NCBI GenBank assembly: GCA_010909165.1
Contig: VJWM01000373.1
Location: 1 to 28,655 of the forward strand
Source: Anthoceros angustus
Taxonomy: Eukaryota > Plantae > Anthocerotophyta
DNA: 28,655 nucleotides
Direction of reading: 5' to 3'
In this document: piece after piece, positions 11,458-22,228 of the stretch
How positions within the stretch are numbered: the first letter of the stretch is position 1
Layout: every line of letters starts with the position of its first letter
Translations under genes and position numbers: made by a program
Notes under the pieces: model-generated
Told to the model about the DNA's origin: nothing
Database searches by the model: none
What the model saw: the letters and a program-made list of their open reading frames with translations, nothing else

Positions 11458-11654
11458 CGTAAAGTAGTAGCATACGCCTTGCCGTTTCGATTCTTTAACA
11501 TATTTTTAGAACTCAAGCGTTATAGCGAGCAGGCATCACCGAGCAGTTTACAAAAGCGTTTGGGCACATTACGAGCATTACATCATGTACACTTCTCTCA
11601 TTGCTAATCAATCCAACATGTCTCACATCCTGCCCGGTCCATGTGACCGCAACA
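11458..11654 (+). repeat. 5' LTR of element D (~197 bp)
   Basis: Ends ...CCGCAACA before the PBS. The left end is inferred from loss of the integrase frame of C, and reads CGTAAAG rather than TGTAAAG. Confidence 0.65.
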
Positions 11655-11665
11655 TGGTATCGAGC
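11655..11665 (+). promoter_or_regulatory. primer binding site (tRNA-iMet) of element D
   Basis: TGGTATCGAGC after CA. Confidence 0.88.
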
Positions 11666-11812
11666 AGCGCCACGGCATATGCTAGCCACATCCTAGAATC
11701 ATGAAGAATAACCCTCTCTAACATGCAGTTCTAAGAAAAGCAACGCGCTCAAGCGGGCAAATAGGGATGCTCGAATTTGGAATCTCTACGATTCCATAGA
11801 GCAATTCTTAAG

Positions 11813-12853
11813 AGAGGCTCATGAAGATGTACTAATCTACGCATGGACTAGAGTTTCTGGCATCCTGCTTCTAATAGGGGAAGAATTGCTGTTAAGGGGA
11901 TACCTTGACCCCACAGAATATGACCTGTCTTATATCCAGGCTTCCTTTCTCTGAACCATGAAAAGAAATCGCCCACTTGGGCGTAATCGCTCCTATCTCT
12001 CCAGTGAGAAGGGTCACATCCTCGCTTAGGGTCCTTAAGTCGCCAGCACGGTTTCTTCACGCTCCCACCTGCTGAAGAAATCACAAACCTCCACAATTCC
12101 GTGATAGAGAAATTAACAAATGGACCAACCACACGCACATTAAATTCCCTCAAAGAACATATAGAGTCCACAGTCACCATGGGATATCTACCCTACTCGG
12201 AAACCACGATTTAGCGTTTAGAGACTAAACATACACAAGATGTCAACCTCCCACCTCTCCTGTCCAAGGAGGACAAGTTTGTGACCAGCAACATAATTTC
12301 CCACTTGGAAATTTCGGATCACCAATATCCTTAAAGAGGCTCATGAAGATGTACTAATCTACATGGACTAGAGTTTACGGCATCACACTTCTAATAGGGA
12401 AGAATTGCATTAAGGGGATACCTTGACCCCAGAATATGACATCTTATATCCAGGCTTCCTTTCTCTTTCGGCAACATGAAAATAACTCCCTGGACGTAAT
12501 CCTATCTCTCTCAGCGGTAGTCAAGGCAGGTCACATCACCTTAGGGTCCTTAAGTCGCCCGGTTTCTTCACGCTCCCACTGCTGAAGAAATCACAAACCT
12601 CCACAATTCCGTGATAGAAATTAACAAAGGCTGGACCAACCACGCACACATTAAATTCCCTCAAAGAACATATAGAGTCCACGATCACCATGCGGATAGA
12701 AATATCTACCCTACTCGGAAACCACGTATTTAGCGTTTAGAGACTAAACATACACAAGATGTCAACCTCCACCTCTCCCTGTCCAAGGAGGACAAGTTTG
12801 ACAGACAACATAATTTCCCACTTGGAAATTTCGGATCACCAATATCCTTAAAG
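11813..12853 (+). repeat. ~520-bp tandem duplication covering the leader and gag start of element D
   Basis: AGAGGCTCATGAAGATGTACTAATCTAC starts at 11813 and 12335. Both copies end GGATCACCAATATCCTTAAAG. Confidence 0.95.
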
Positions 12854-14517
12854 GCGCAAGCTATGGAGCTCGTTGGTGGGGTTGGCACCCCATAAGCTTG
12901 CCTGCGGTTAGCACACGGAGAAAGAAGAATGGGAGGACTACAACCAACAAGCCAAAAATGTTCTCATGCAAAGCATGAAGCAAGGCAAGTGCAATTTGGA
13001 GGGCGACCCACGGGAGGCATGGCAGTGCCGAAATCTCTGACGCACGACATCATGCACACCATACTATCAAGAGCTACCTCGGTCTTCGCATGGCGACCAT
13101 GTGGACCACCACGCAATGGTGTTTGGTGGACCGTGAAATTCAGGCCCTCGGATTCAACATCCCCGAGGAGCTCCTAGCCGCAATTACGCTATCCACATTA
13201 GGAATGGGGTGGGTCGATTAGCCATGCTTAGAAATTCAACCCCTCACGATCCAACAAGGTTTTAAGTGCCATGCTTAGGAAGGGAAGGCTCAAAGTATTT
13301 GAGAGCCCTCCTCCAGTGATGCTTTCTTCACGGACGAGGCGGAGCAGAGGTCGTGGAAGAGGCTCCTTAGAGCTGCACGCACAAATAGAGGGGCGTACAT
13401 TCCCGGCCTTGGCAGAGGCAATTTCAACCCATCATGGAAGCCAATTTGCGGGTATTGTAAAATACGGACACACATATGAAGAATGCGTGCAGTTAGGATC
13501 CTCTAACAATTAATCAGCATTCGCCAATGCCCGCCTTAACCATGCAGAGGCACTCTAAGGCTTTCCTCGCTCACATTGACCACACGACTTGCTAGCACAC
13601 CTCGGCTCTTGTAGCCTCCTTATCTCGCCCCAAGCGAACATGCAGTATATTGACTCGAGCCTCCCAACATATGACTCCCCAGAATACTTCACTAAAATCA
13701 CACCTCTGTACGAATTTTGTCACCTTGGTGACAATTCTAAACACCACATACTTGGGCTTGGATCAGTAGACCTCAATGTCCAACCCAACTCAACCCTGCA
13801 GATTTCAGATGTCCTTCTAGTACCTGGCCTCACCAAAAATCTCTTCTCAGTTCGAAAGGTCGATCAAGCTGGCTGCTACGTCTGCTTTGGACAGGGCCAT
13901 TGTGTCATTGAGACACCACAAGGCGACCTGATCGCCACAGGTGACCTTAAAAATGACGACTTATACCATCTCAGGGTTAGCCACCCCTCATCTCTATCAG
14001 CAGGCACACAGAAACACAATCAGACGTTCCTGTGGCATGCCCGGCTCGGGCACATGAATCTGCAGAAAATGAAGGACATGTTAACAACTCAAGCTGCTCA
14101 CGGCTTCACCCTCTCACACGTAGAGGACTTTGGCACTTGTGAAGCCTGTTCCCTTGGAAAGAGCCATCGATCACCTTTTCCTAAGGCATCCAACACACGA
14201 GCAACCAAGCGCCTTGGTGGTACATTCGACCTCTGCGGGCCCTTCACGGATCATTGTTCCTACACCTACTTTATGCACAGTAATCGGCAACTCCAACTTT
14301 AACATTTACACACTCAAGAACAAGGCCCAAGCATTTTCATGCTTCAAGGACTACAAGACCTGGTCCGAAAAACAAACAGGCGATACCTTACTTTGCCTCA
14401 GATCCGATGGAGGTGGTGAATATGGCTCCACTCAATTTTCAAACTTCTGCAAGGAACATGGCATCAACAGACAGATTACCACCCCACACACCTCTCAGCA
14501 GAACGGGGGACTGAGAA
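12759..14517 (+). pseudogene. gag-pol: copia gag-pol 5' portion of element D
   Basis: SKEDKF..NFPTWKFRITNILK; zinc knuckle ICGYCKI.GHTYEEC (~13445-13486); protease YIDS.ASQHMT and DVLLVPGLTKNLFSV; LWHARLGHMN; CEACSLGKSHR; DLCGP; LRSDGGGEY...TPHTSQQNG (ORFs 13589..14302 and 14130..14600). Confidence 0.95.
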
Positions 14518-15440
14518 TGGTCAAGGACCATAAATGGGCCTTGGAGAATGTGAAGGATAGGTGGTGTAAGGTAGCAACATTAAAGAATGACCATAGGTGA
14601 AGTTACTAGAATAGAATTTACTTGGAATCGGATAGTAGACATAGGGTGCAGGGCATTAAATCTTGGTAGGAAATAATAGAAAGCTGGAAAGGTGACTAGT
14701 AGGGTCACCCAAGGGAGGTTGTATGTGGAAGGCCTCCTATAAGAAGAGGAGGATTTCACAGACAGTATCACGCCTTGCGCTTCCACCCTCAGTCCTTTGC
14801 CATTCTGAGGAAGTTCGTGCAGTGTAGCCAACGCCAGCCTTGTAGAGGAAGTCGCGGTGGTGAGTGCTTGGTGGCCTTGCTCACTGCAAGTGCCTAAGCG
14901 AGTTGCTCCTTGTGAATGGTTGTTGTGAAATTGCTTTGCACAGGTGTGTGGCGATGTCGGGGAACACTCGGCTGAGACCGGGCCACAGGAAAGACTCACA
15001 GTGGCGCTCAAATCAGTGGTGTCAAACTCACAAGCCGCCCAAGGAAGAACTTTCTTTGGTGGAGGCCGACCCAGCGGTTGTCTGAAGGGTCGAAGCATGG
15101 CCCGGCGAGGTTAGAATAGGAGGAAAGGATGAGAAGATGAGGAGATGAGAAAATGAGTAGAGGATTAGAGGGTAGGTGCTAGTCGAAGGCCACGCAGGAG
15201 GGACGAATCCCAAATCTGCAAGTAAAAGCGCTCCCGAGGTGGAGAAGAGAAGTAGGGACGAAATCGCGGTGTGGATCGGGGTCCACAGGCGCCGTGATAG
15301 GCTCGGCTCTGAGGCGGGACACCTTTGTTTTGTGTCGTTGTAGGTCGAGGATTGGCGATTTTCGGAGGCAGTGCAAGTGGTGCAGCTGCTGTAAGAGGGA
15401 GAGTAGAGGGCGCCTTGCTTGTTTAGAAGGCTGAGAAGTG

Positions 15441-18400
15441 TGTCACTGCAGGTAGCGATCGGACATCACAAGACCTCGAACTTTCACACAAGTCTCATGG
15501 GACGAAACCCAATGTACGAAGCGACAGTGGGATAAGTGTGGCCGCTATAGTGGGAAGACCTCGGGAGTGCCCCGGGTTTTCCCTACCACATTCTGCTTGG
15601 AGGTCGAGGCCATATTGGCAGACTTGGAAGGGCGTCGAGGCTCACCAGCTTTCTTCTTGCGGCAGTCAAGCTCCCAGTGGCCTGGAATCTGGCACCAGTT
15701 GCAAGTACCAGGCTTGCGGCTGGAACCACCAGGCTTGGAGAAGGAAGGGCCGTGTCAGTGACATGCCATTGCATGCCTACCTGCTTTGTCTACAAAGCTA
15801 AGTCACTAAGCTCCTGCCTCGATCTCCTTGGCCTTTGGCCGGGGGCAACAATCCTAGCCTTAGTTTGTCCTTGGCCTATGACCAAGGCAAAACTAAAGAG
15901 GAGTTTGCCTAAGAGAGGCCCGGGACCCTGCAGTGAAATCAAGCTGGAAATTCTCCCAACGACAATGCAGAACCACAAGAACCTCTAGGAGACAAAGACA
16001 CGAGGACGATGGCTGTCTATTAGAACAAGACAAACATCAACAATCCGAGAATCCATGGTGGGTGCCTACATATATAGGCAAAACCCCGGGAGTTCTCGAT
16101 GAAGTGTCCACCGTATCGATGGTGGGCACTTTATAATCCTACTTTCCTTGGCCTTGAAATAATAATATTTTATGTGTTTAACAGCCTATTCGTCCTTTTC
16201 CTTGATTTATGATTTTTATGTATTTTCTAATATAAATCACTATCTATATATATTCATAGCGCCTTACATGCATAACCATGCATATAGATTGCATGCGCCA
16301 TGACACATCACACCCATGTCCACCACATCACATGTCATCCTTCATCTCCATACGCATGCATGCATACATGGCATACATGGCATACATGTCATGTGCGAGG
16401 CCATCCATGGGCCATGTACATGACATCATCAAAGCCCGAGGCTTATGCGAGATACTGCTCGATATCTAGTCATTTCGATTCGGGGCTTATGCCGGGATGC
16501 TCTAGTCGATATCCGGTCATAGAGTCTTAGGTGCTTTCTTCTTGCAGTCAAGCTCCAGTGGCACAGAATCGGCACCGATTGCAAGTACAGGGCTTGCGGT
16601 GAACCACCAGGCTTGGAGAAGGAAGGGCCGTGTCGCGGCCCAGCATAGGCCATTGCATGCCTACCTACTGTCTACAAAGCTAAGTCACTAAGCTCCCGCC
16701 TCATCTCCTTGGCCTTTGGCCCGGAGCAACAATCCTAGCCTTAGTTTGTCCTTGGCCTATGGCCAGGGCAAAACTAAAGAGGCGGGTTTGCCTAAGAGAG
16801 AGGCGACCGGGACCTGAGCAGTGAAATCAAGCTGGAAATTCTCCCAACTTTGGCAATGCAACGAACCACAAGAACCTCTAGGAGACAAAGAACAGGCCGA
16901 GGTATGGCTGTCTATTAGAACAAGACAAACATCAACAATCCAGAATCCATGGTGGTGCCTACATATATAGGCAAAACCCCAGGAGCTCGATGAAGTGTCC
17001 ACCGTATCGATGGTGGGCACTTTATAATCCTACTTTCCTTGGCCTTGAAATAATAATATTTTATGTGTTTAACAGCCTATTCGTCCTTTTCCTTGATTTA
17101 TGATTTTTATGTATTTTCTAATATAAATCACTATCTATATATATTCATAGCGCCTTACATGCATAACCATGCATATAGATTGCATGCGACATCACCACAT
17201 GTCCACATACATCACATGTCATCCTTCATCTCCATACGCATGCATGCATACATGGCATACATGGCATACATGTCATGTGCGAGGCCATCCATGGGCCATG
17301 TACATGACATCATCAAAGCCCGAGGCTTATGCGAGATACTGCTCGATATCTAGTCATTTCGATTCGGGGCTTATGCCGGGATGCTCTAGTCGATATCCGG
17401 TCATAGAGTCTTAGGTGCTTTCTTCTTGCAGTCAAGCTCCAGTGGCACAGAATCGGCACCGATTGCAAGTACAGGGCTTGCGGTGAACCACCAGGCTTGG
17501 AGAAGGAAGGGCCGTGTCGCGGCCCAGCATAGGCCATTGCATGCCTACCTACTGTCTACAAAGCTAAGTCACTAAGCTCCCGCCTCATCTCCTTGGCCTT
17601 TGGCCCGGAGCAACAATCCTAGCCTTAGTTTGTCCTTGGCCTATGGCCAGGGCAAAACTAAAGAGGCGGGTTTGCCTAAGAGAGAGGCGACCGGGACCTG
17701 AGCAGTGAAATCAAGCTGGAAATTCTCCCAACTTTGGCAATGCAACGAACCACAAGAACCTCTAGGAGACAAAGAACAGGCCGAGGTATGGCTGTCTATT
17801 AGAACAAGACAAACATCAACAATCCAGAATCCATGGTGGTGCCTACATATATAGGCAAAACCCCAGGAGCTCGATGAAGTGTCCACCGTATCGATGGTGG
17901 GCACTTTATAATCCTACTTTCCTTGGCCTTGAAATAATAATATTTTATGTGTTTAACAGCCTATTCGTCCTTTTCCTTGATTTATGATTTTTATGTATTT
18001 TCTAATATAAATCACTATCTATATATCATAGCATGCGCCTTACATGCACAACCATGCATATAGATTGCATGCGCCATGACATCACACGCCACATGTCCAC
18101 ATACATCACATGTCATCCTTCATCTCCATACGCATGCATAGCATAGCACATGGCATACATGTCATGTGCGGCCATCCATGGGCCATGTACATGACATCAT
18201 CAAGCACTTGACATCGGCTTATGCGAGATGCTCGGTCGATATCTAGTCATTTCGGCATTCTTATGCCGGGATGCTCTAGTCGATATCCGGTCATAGAGTC
18301 TTAGGTGCTCTGTTTCCCATACAAGACATGTAGTCGGCGACCGCATAGCATGCCTACCTAGCCTCTCTACAAAGCTAAGTCACTAAACACCCGCTGCGAT

Positions 18401-18505
18401 CTCCTTGGCCTTTGGCCGGAGCAACAATCCTAGCCTTAATTTGTCCTTGGCCTATGGCCAAGGGCAAGGCTAAAGAGGCGGGTTTGCCTAAGGCGGACCG
18501 GGACA
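15441..18505 (-). repeat. putative 3' LTR of the gypsy element (~1.3 kb after collapsing the internal triplication)
   Basis: Minus strand starts TGTCCCGG at 18505, just after GTGGGGTCGTCA (weak PPT), and ends ...CCTGCAGTGACA at 15441. TATA-like GCCTATATATGTAGGC occurs at ~16064-16079 and in each repeat copy. No partner LTR is present to confirm the ends. Confidence 0.6.
15648..18309. repeat. ~885-bp tandem repeat, 3 copies
   Basis: Unit starts GCTTTCTTCTTGC at 15648, 16533 and 17417. Identical ORF translations are offset by 884 (16429/17313 and 16757/17641). Confidence 0.97.
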
Positions 18506-18519
18506 TGACGACCCCACAG

Positions 18520-20180
18520 GAAACTTGGAGGCCTAGCCACACGGTTTCCCACAAAATTGTCTAGACCATCTTGGCCTAGAAAAACAAACAACTGCTTACC
18601 AACGTCCCCACCGGTGAGCGTAGCTTGTCCAACAGCGGTGGTTACGCGAGGAGGAGGAATGGCGTCATCTTCTAGATCCTCATCATCGATGGGTCTTCTT
18701 GTGCCTCTGGCAATCGTAATCTCATGGGCGGCTTGAATCCGGAGGCTCAACTGTTCTTCCACAAAGCGCTTACATGCATCGGGCTGAAAGCAGGATGTGC
18801 CATCATCCGGCATCCATGTCCATTGTAAGCTTCACATGTTGGTTTGAAAAGCGGTAACTTACGAAGTGTAGATGTGCGGTGGCGAGCCTCTGAGGCGTTG
18901 AAGCATTCTTCTCCTCTCGAGTCCAAGCACGTTGATCAACATGAGGGGTCCTCAATTTGTTGGTCGAATGTAAAAGCGCGAGGCCACCTACCACATGATG
19001 CCGCATGATGGTGGAAAACTCGAAACCACTCTTTGAGAAAAATCAAGCGACGAGGGTATGTGTCTCCCCAGTCAACGAACTCTGCTGGCAACCTCATCCC
19101 ATCAAACCATTGATGCATTTGGAAGTGATGCTGCAACTTCCTCCATGCACCCTCTGTATAGCTTGTCCAGGTCCAGGGCAAACGCTTGTGACCCCGGCGC
19201 TGGAGCTCAAATAAATCCGGTGTTGGGATAATGCTCCACCCTCACATCATGGTGCTCCTCAACATCTGATGAAAATGTGAAGCTCGTCATAACTTCGGTG
19301 GAATACCCGTTAAGGTCATCTTGGCGGGAGTAGAAGATGCTCCACTTACCCGCATCTTCTCATCCACAATTGGGGTTCCATCACTCCCAAACCTTGCTTG
19401 AGTTGGCGGTCATAGCACACCACGGAGGCACAGTTCATATCTCTGCTGCGAGACCTCCTCCATGGCTGCGGTGAGAACTACCGCCCTAGGTGCAACCACA
19501 ATTTTCAGCACTGACGGCCGACATACATGCTGTACACAGGCGGGAGGTGCGCTCCAGTTGCCTTGGGAGGTGGGCAGTTTGCTCCACTGCTCTGTCGCGA
19601 AAAGGCGAGCGTGGTGTTCTCCTGCTGCTGTCAGCACGGGCTGACCGCTCCTTGATTTGGGATCGGCTTGCCTCAAACTCCTGCTGGCTTTCCATGTTCG
19701 CCGACAAAGGATGCTTGCGCGGTCGTCCCCTCTTGCGCTTGATTGACGGTGGCACTTCCTCTTGGCGCTTCACCCGCGGATAGGGCGGTTTACGCCTTCT
19801 CCTATGCACGTATGAAACGGGCATGGCGCTCCTATCCGACTCCAAGCGGTGAAACCACCTTTAGAAACCATGAGAATTCTCAACCAGCGCGATCGTCTGT
19901 GCATGCAAAGGTTCCTCTTCAAAATGAGATGCTCCCTCAGCATGTGTGCCCAATTTGCTCGTTTCCGGTGGGAATTAGACCCTTGTCGGGGCTTCTCGAT
20001 CCTCTGCGTGTAATTCCTCTTCTCACAATTCCTTGCACATGCGACGGCTTCGCAACAACTCATGCGCCTTAGCATGTGCGGCATCCATTTAATTTGGCCA
20101 AGCATCTTGTGTCCTTCTTCAACTGTACACATCAACTGCTTTTGACTTCCGGCGTGTGTGAATTTAAGACAACCTCGGTA
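18520..20180 (-). pseudogene. extra sense-strand coding region between integrase and 3' LTR, with AT-hook motif
   Basis: A chain of overlapping minus-strand ORFs (19770..20135, 19486..19845, 18936..19181, 18803..19006, 18436..18813). KRKRGRPRKHP at 19708-19740. Confidence 0.55.
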
Positions 20181-20219
20181 CCACCTTACGCAAGAGCCAC
20201 GTTCACACTTAGCACATTC

Positions 20220-20350
20220 ACGGTGCTCACATAGCCATTCTCCTTGGAACCTTTGTCGATCTTGGTTTGAGGCAAAGCAGATGGTAACCAGTTACACACA
20301 CATAGCAACATGAATTCGTCGTTGTGTGCCACACACTCCTCACGAAATCT
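20220..20350 (-). other. PHD finger coding sequence at the integrase C-terminus (frameshifted)
   Basis: Read across small deletions: (C)EECVAHNDEFMLLC-VCN-GYHLLCLKPR-DKVP-GEWLCEH(C), matching the C4HC3 PHD pattern LLCDxCxxxYHxxCLxPxLxxVPxGxWxCxxC. Confidence 0.8.
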
Positions 20351-21870
20351 GGTGGCGTCAGTGCGAGGCCGCGATTCGTGTATCCGGTCGGGCAAATGGC
20401 ATGGAGCCAAATGCTTCATGTGTTCCTTGCATACGCCATCTCTTCCTTCAAGTTCAACCACACCTTGCTCACCAACTGGACAACTCTCAAAATAAGCCTC
20501 CACTGCATCGCGTGCTTGCGGGCACGCAAGTACATAATCTCGGATGCAAACTTGCGGGCTTTGGGCTTCCACGAGCCCCAGCGTATAAGCATACCTCGGT
20601 GGTCCGATCTTTGGGCCCACATTGTCCATAGCCATGGGAAGAATTCTTTGAAATACTTACCTCGGCTTGAACTCCAAGCACACATTTGCATCTTTGCTCC
20701 GATCAAGGATGGAGTAAGTGTCCTTCACCACATTCGGCAACAACTGCGTTGCGTCCGAATAACAAAAAGTATGGTGAAACTTCCAAGAGCTTGCACCGAC
20801 CACTACCCCAACACGATGTAAGGAGCAATTCATCCCAACACTTGGGCTCCATGTAATGCTGATTTCCTTAGTGCATCCTTGAAGGTTTGCACTAGCCTTT
20901 GCGAGCCATCGGCTGTGGATGATCCTCGATGTCCTCCATGATCAATGAGACTCACTCCGGCAAGGTCTGGAATTCACCTCGAAACTCGTTACCACAGTGC
21001 ATGAGCACCTCGCGGCTCCCAAATCGGTGAGCACACCTGCGAAAAGCTCTGTGGTGTAATGCGAGGTTCTGTAAGAACGCCACTTCAACCCACTTAGAAA
21101 TGCTCAATCATGACCATGCAATGTCGGTTACCTTGCTTTGTGAGAGGAAGCTCGGCATAAGGTCAACCGACCATCTAAAGAATAGCCCCACGATTGGTAG
21201 GGGTAACACCACATCACAGGTGTTAAATCTGCTTTGCATCACATGCGGCACTTAGCCACCACCTTCTCGACATGCATACATCCACGACCCGTCGTACTCT
21301 TCAACATGTGGTGTGTCCTCTTCACACCAAAGTGGCCAAGGGTTTCGTGCACCTTGGTCACTATGCCTCTTTCCTCGGGACTTGGTACTTTCCTTACGAG
21401 TTCTCCTTCGGATGTGACTCACCATCTTCCCATGAGTATACGGCCTTACGAGTTTAGCCAAGCTGCTTGATCATTCCGAACCTTATGCCTTCCTTGACAA
21501 GCTGTGGCTTGAGGATGTCTCCAAACATCACAGCGGACTCTGTCGGCATGTCCTTCTTCATGATCATCTATCACGGCCATGAGTGCCATGAAGCTGGGTG
21601 CACCATCTGTGCCCCTCATCACCTCGAGCCTGTGACATCCTTGTCACTCCAGTGAGTTTACCTTAGCCCATACGCATTGTGATGCACCTTGCACGCCACA
21701 TGCACGATCTCCATATCGTGCTCGGATAGCGCCCACACAGCTAGCTTACCACTCAACTTCATGTTGGTCATCAGCCAATGAAGTGGCTGGTGATCTGTGA
21801 CCGATTAAGCGCCTTCCATACGGATAGACCACGAAATGCAGAAGCCTTGTCATGCGGCACATGAAGTCGG
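20350..21870 (-). pseudogene. pol: gypsy pol 3' portion (RNase H C-part and integrase), frameshifted
   Basis: RH: YGRR...DHQPLHWLMTNMKLSGKLA...EHDMEIVH (~21660-21840). INT zinc finger HETLGHFGVKRT...CRMCD (~21235-21350). Core LPIVGLFFRWSVDL, MVMIEH.SKWVEV, GNEFRGEF, RLVQTFKDALRK, SPYFLLFGR. Tail GSWKPKARKF...GVVELEGRDG...LAPCHLP. Confidence 0.9.
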
Positions 21871-22228
21871 CGCTGCCAAACGTGGGAGGAGACCAAATGG
21901 GAGATGAGCTAGATCCTCCCACTAGAACTCCAAATGATGGTACCCATCTCCTCTTCGTGAGAAGAGGTGCCCCTCGTCGCCTTCTAGGAGTCGAGTGGAG
22001 TGAATGAGAATTTGCCGGGTTCGTGGAGGTCTCTCGCCGTCCCCGCTCTTCGACGAGACATGGTGTGATGACGACATTGATGAAGAGGACTCGTGGTGGG
22101 AGCCCAAGCCGATGTTGAAGATGCTCCTCACGGATCTCGTGCGAAGGAAGTCTAAGTCGGCGGTCCGTCGTCAATGATGATTTATTTGGCGCCAAAGTGC
22201 CAATGATCTCCACAAACTAGCCTCGGTA

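Larger units (their letters stand above)
11458..14517 (+). mobile_element. Ty1/copia element D, 5' half, nested in the integrase of C and truncated within its own integrase
   Basis: A ~197-bp LTR ending CAACA, then PBS, leader, gag, PR and INT up to TPHTSQQNG. Confidence 0.9.
15441..21870 (-). mobile_element. Ty3/gypsy LTR retrotransposon, 3' half (RNase H C-part, integrase, PHD finger, extra 3' coding region, 3' LTR)
   Basis: RNase H lies upstream of integrase on the minus strand, which is the gypsy order, followed by an LTR-like unit with TGTC(C/A)C inverted termini. Confidence 0.85.

Noticed and set aside
16278-17414. His/Met-rich ORFs (e.g. MHAYMAYMAYM, MHTWHTWHT) as metal-binding peptides
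   Set aside because: They are by-products of CATG-rich low-complexity DNA, open in several frames and located within an LTR.
15771-18505. Tandem TRIM array (four ~160-bp 'LTRs' and three internals)
   Set aside because: The internal parts show no PBS or PPT, the repeat unit starts ~120 bp before the first block, and the last spacer differs. A triplication within one larger LTR fits better.
20220-20350. PHD finger and AT-hook as exons of a host chromatin gene
   Set aside because: They are contiguous and co-oriented with integrase, sit upstream of the LTR, and show no evident intron structure. Ancient capture from a host gene is not excluded.
22185-22196. TGGCGCC as a tRNA-Lys/Asp PBS (also at ~1597-1604)
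   Set aside because: The match is only ~7 nt, does not extend as a recognisable tRNA complement, and is not adjacent to the proposed LTR end.
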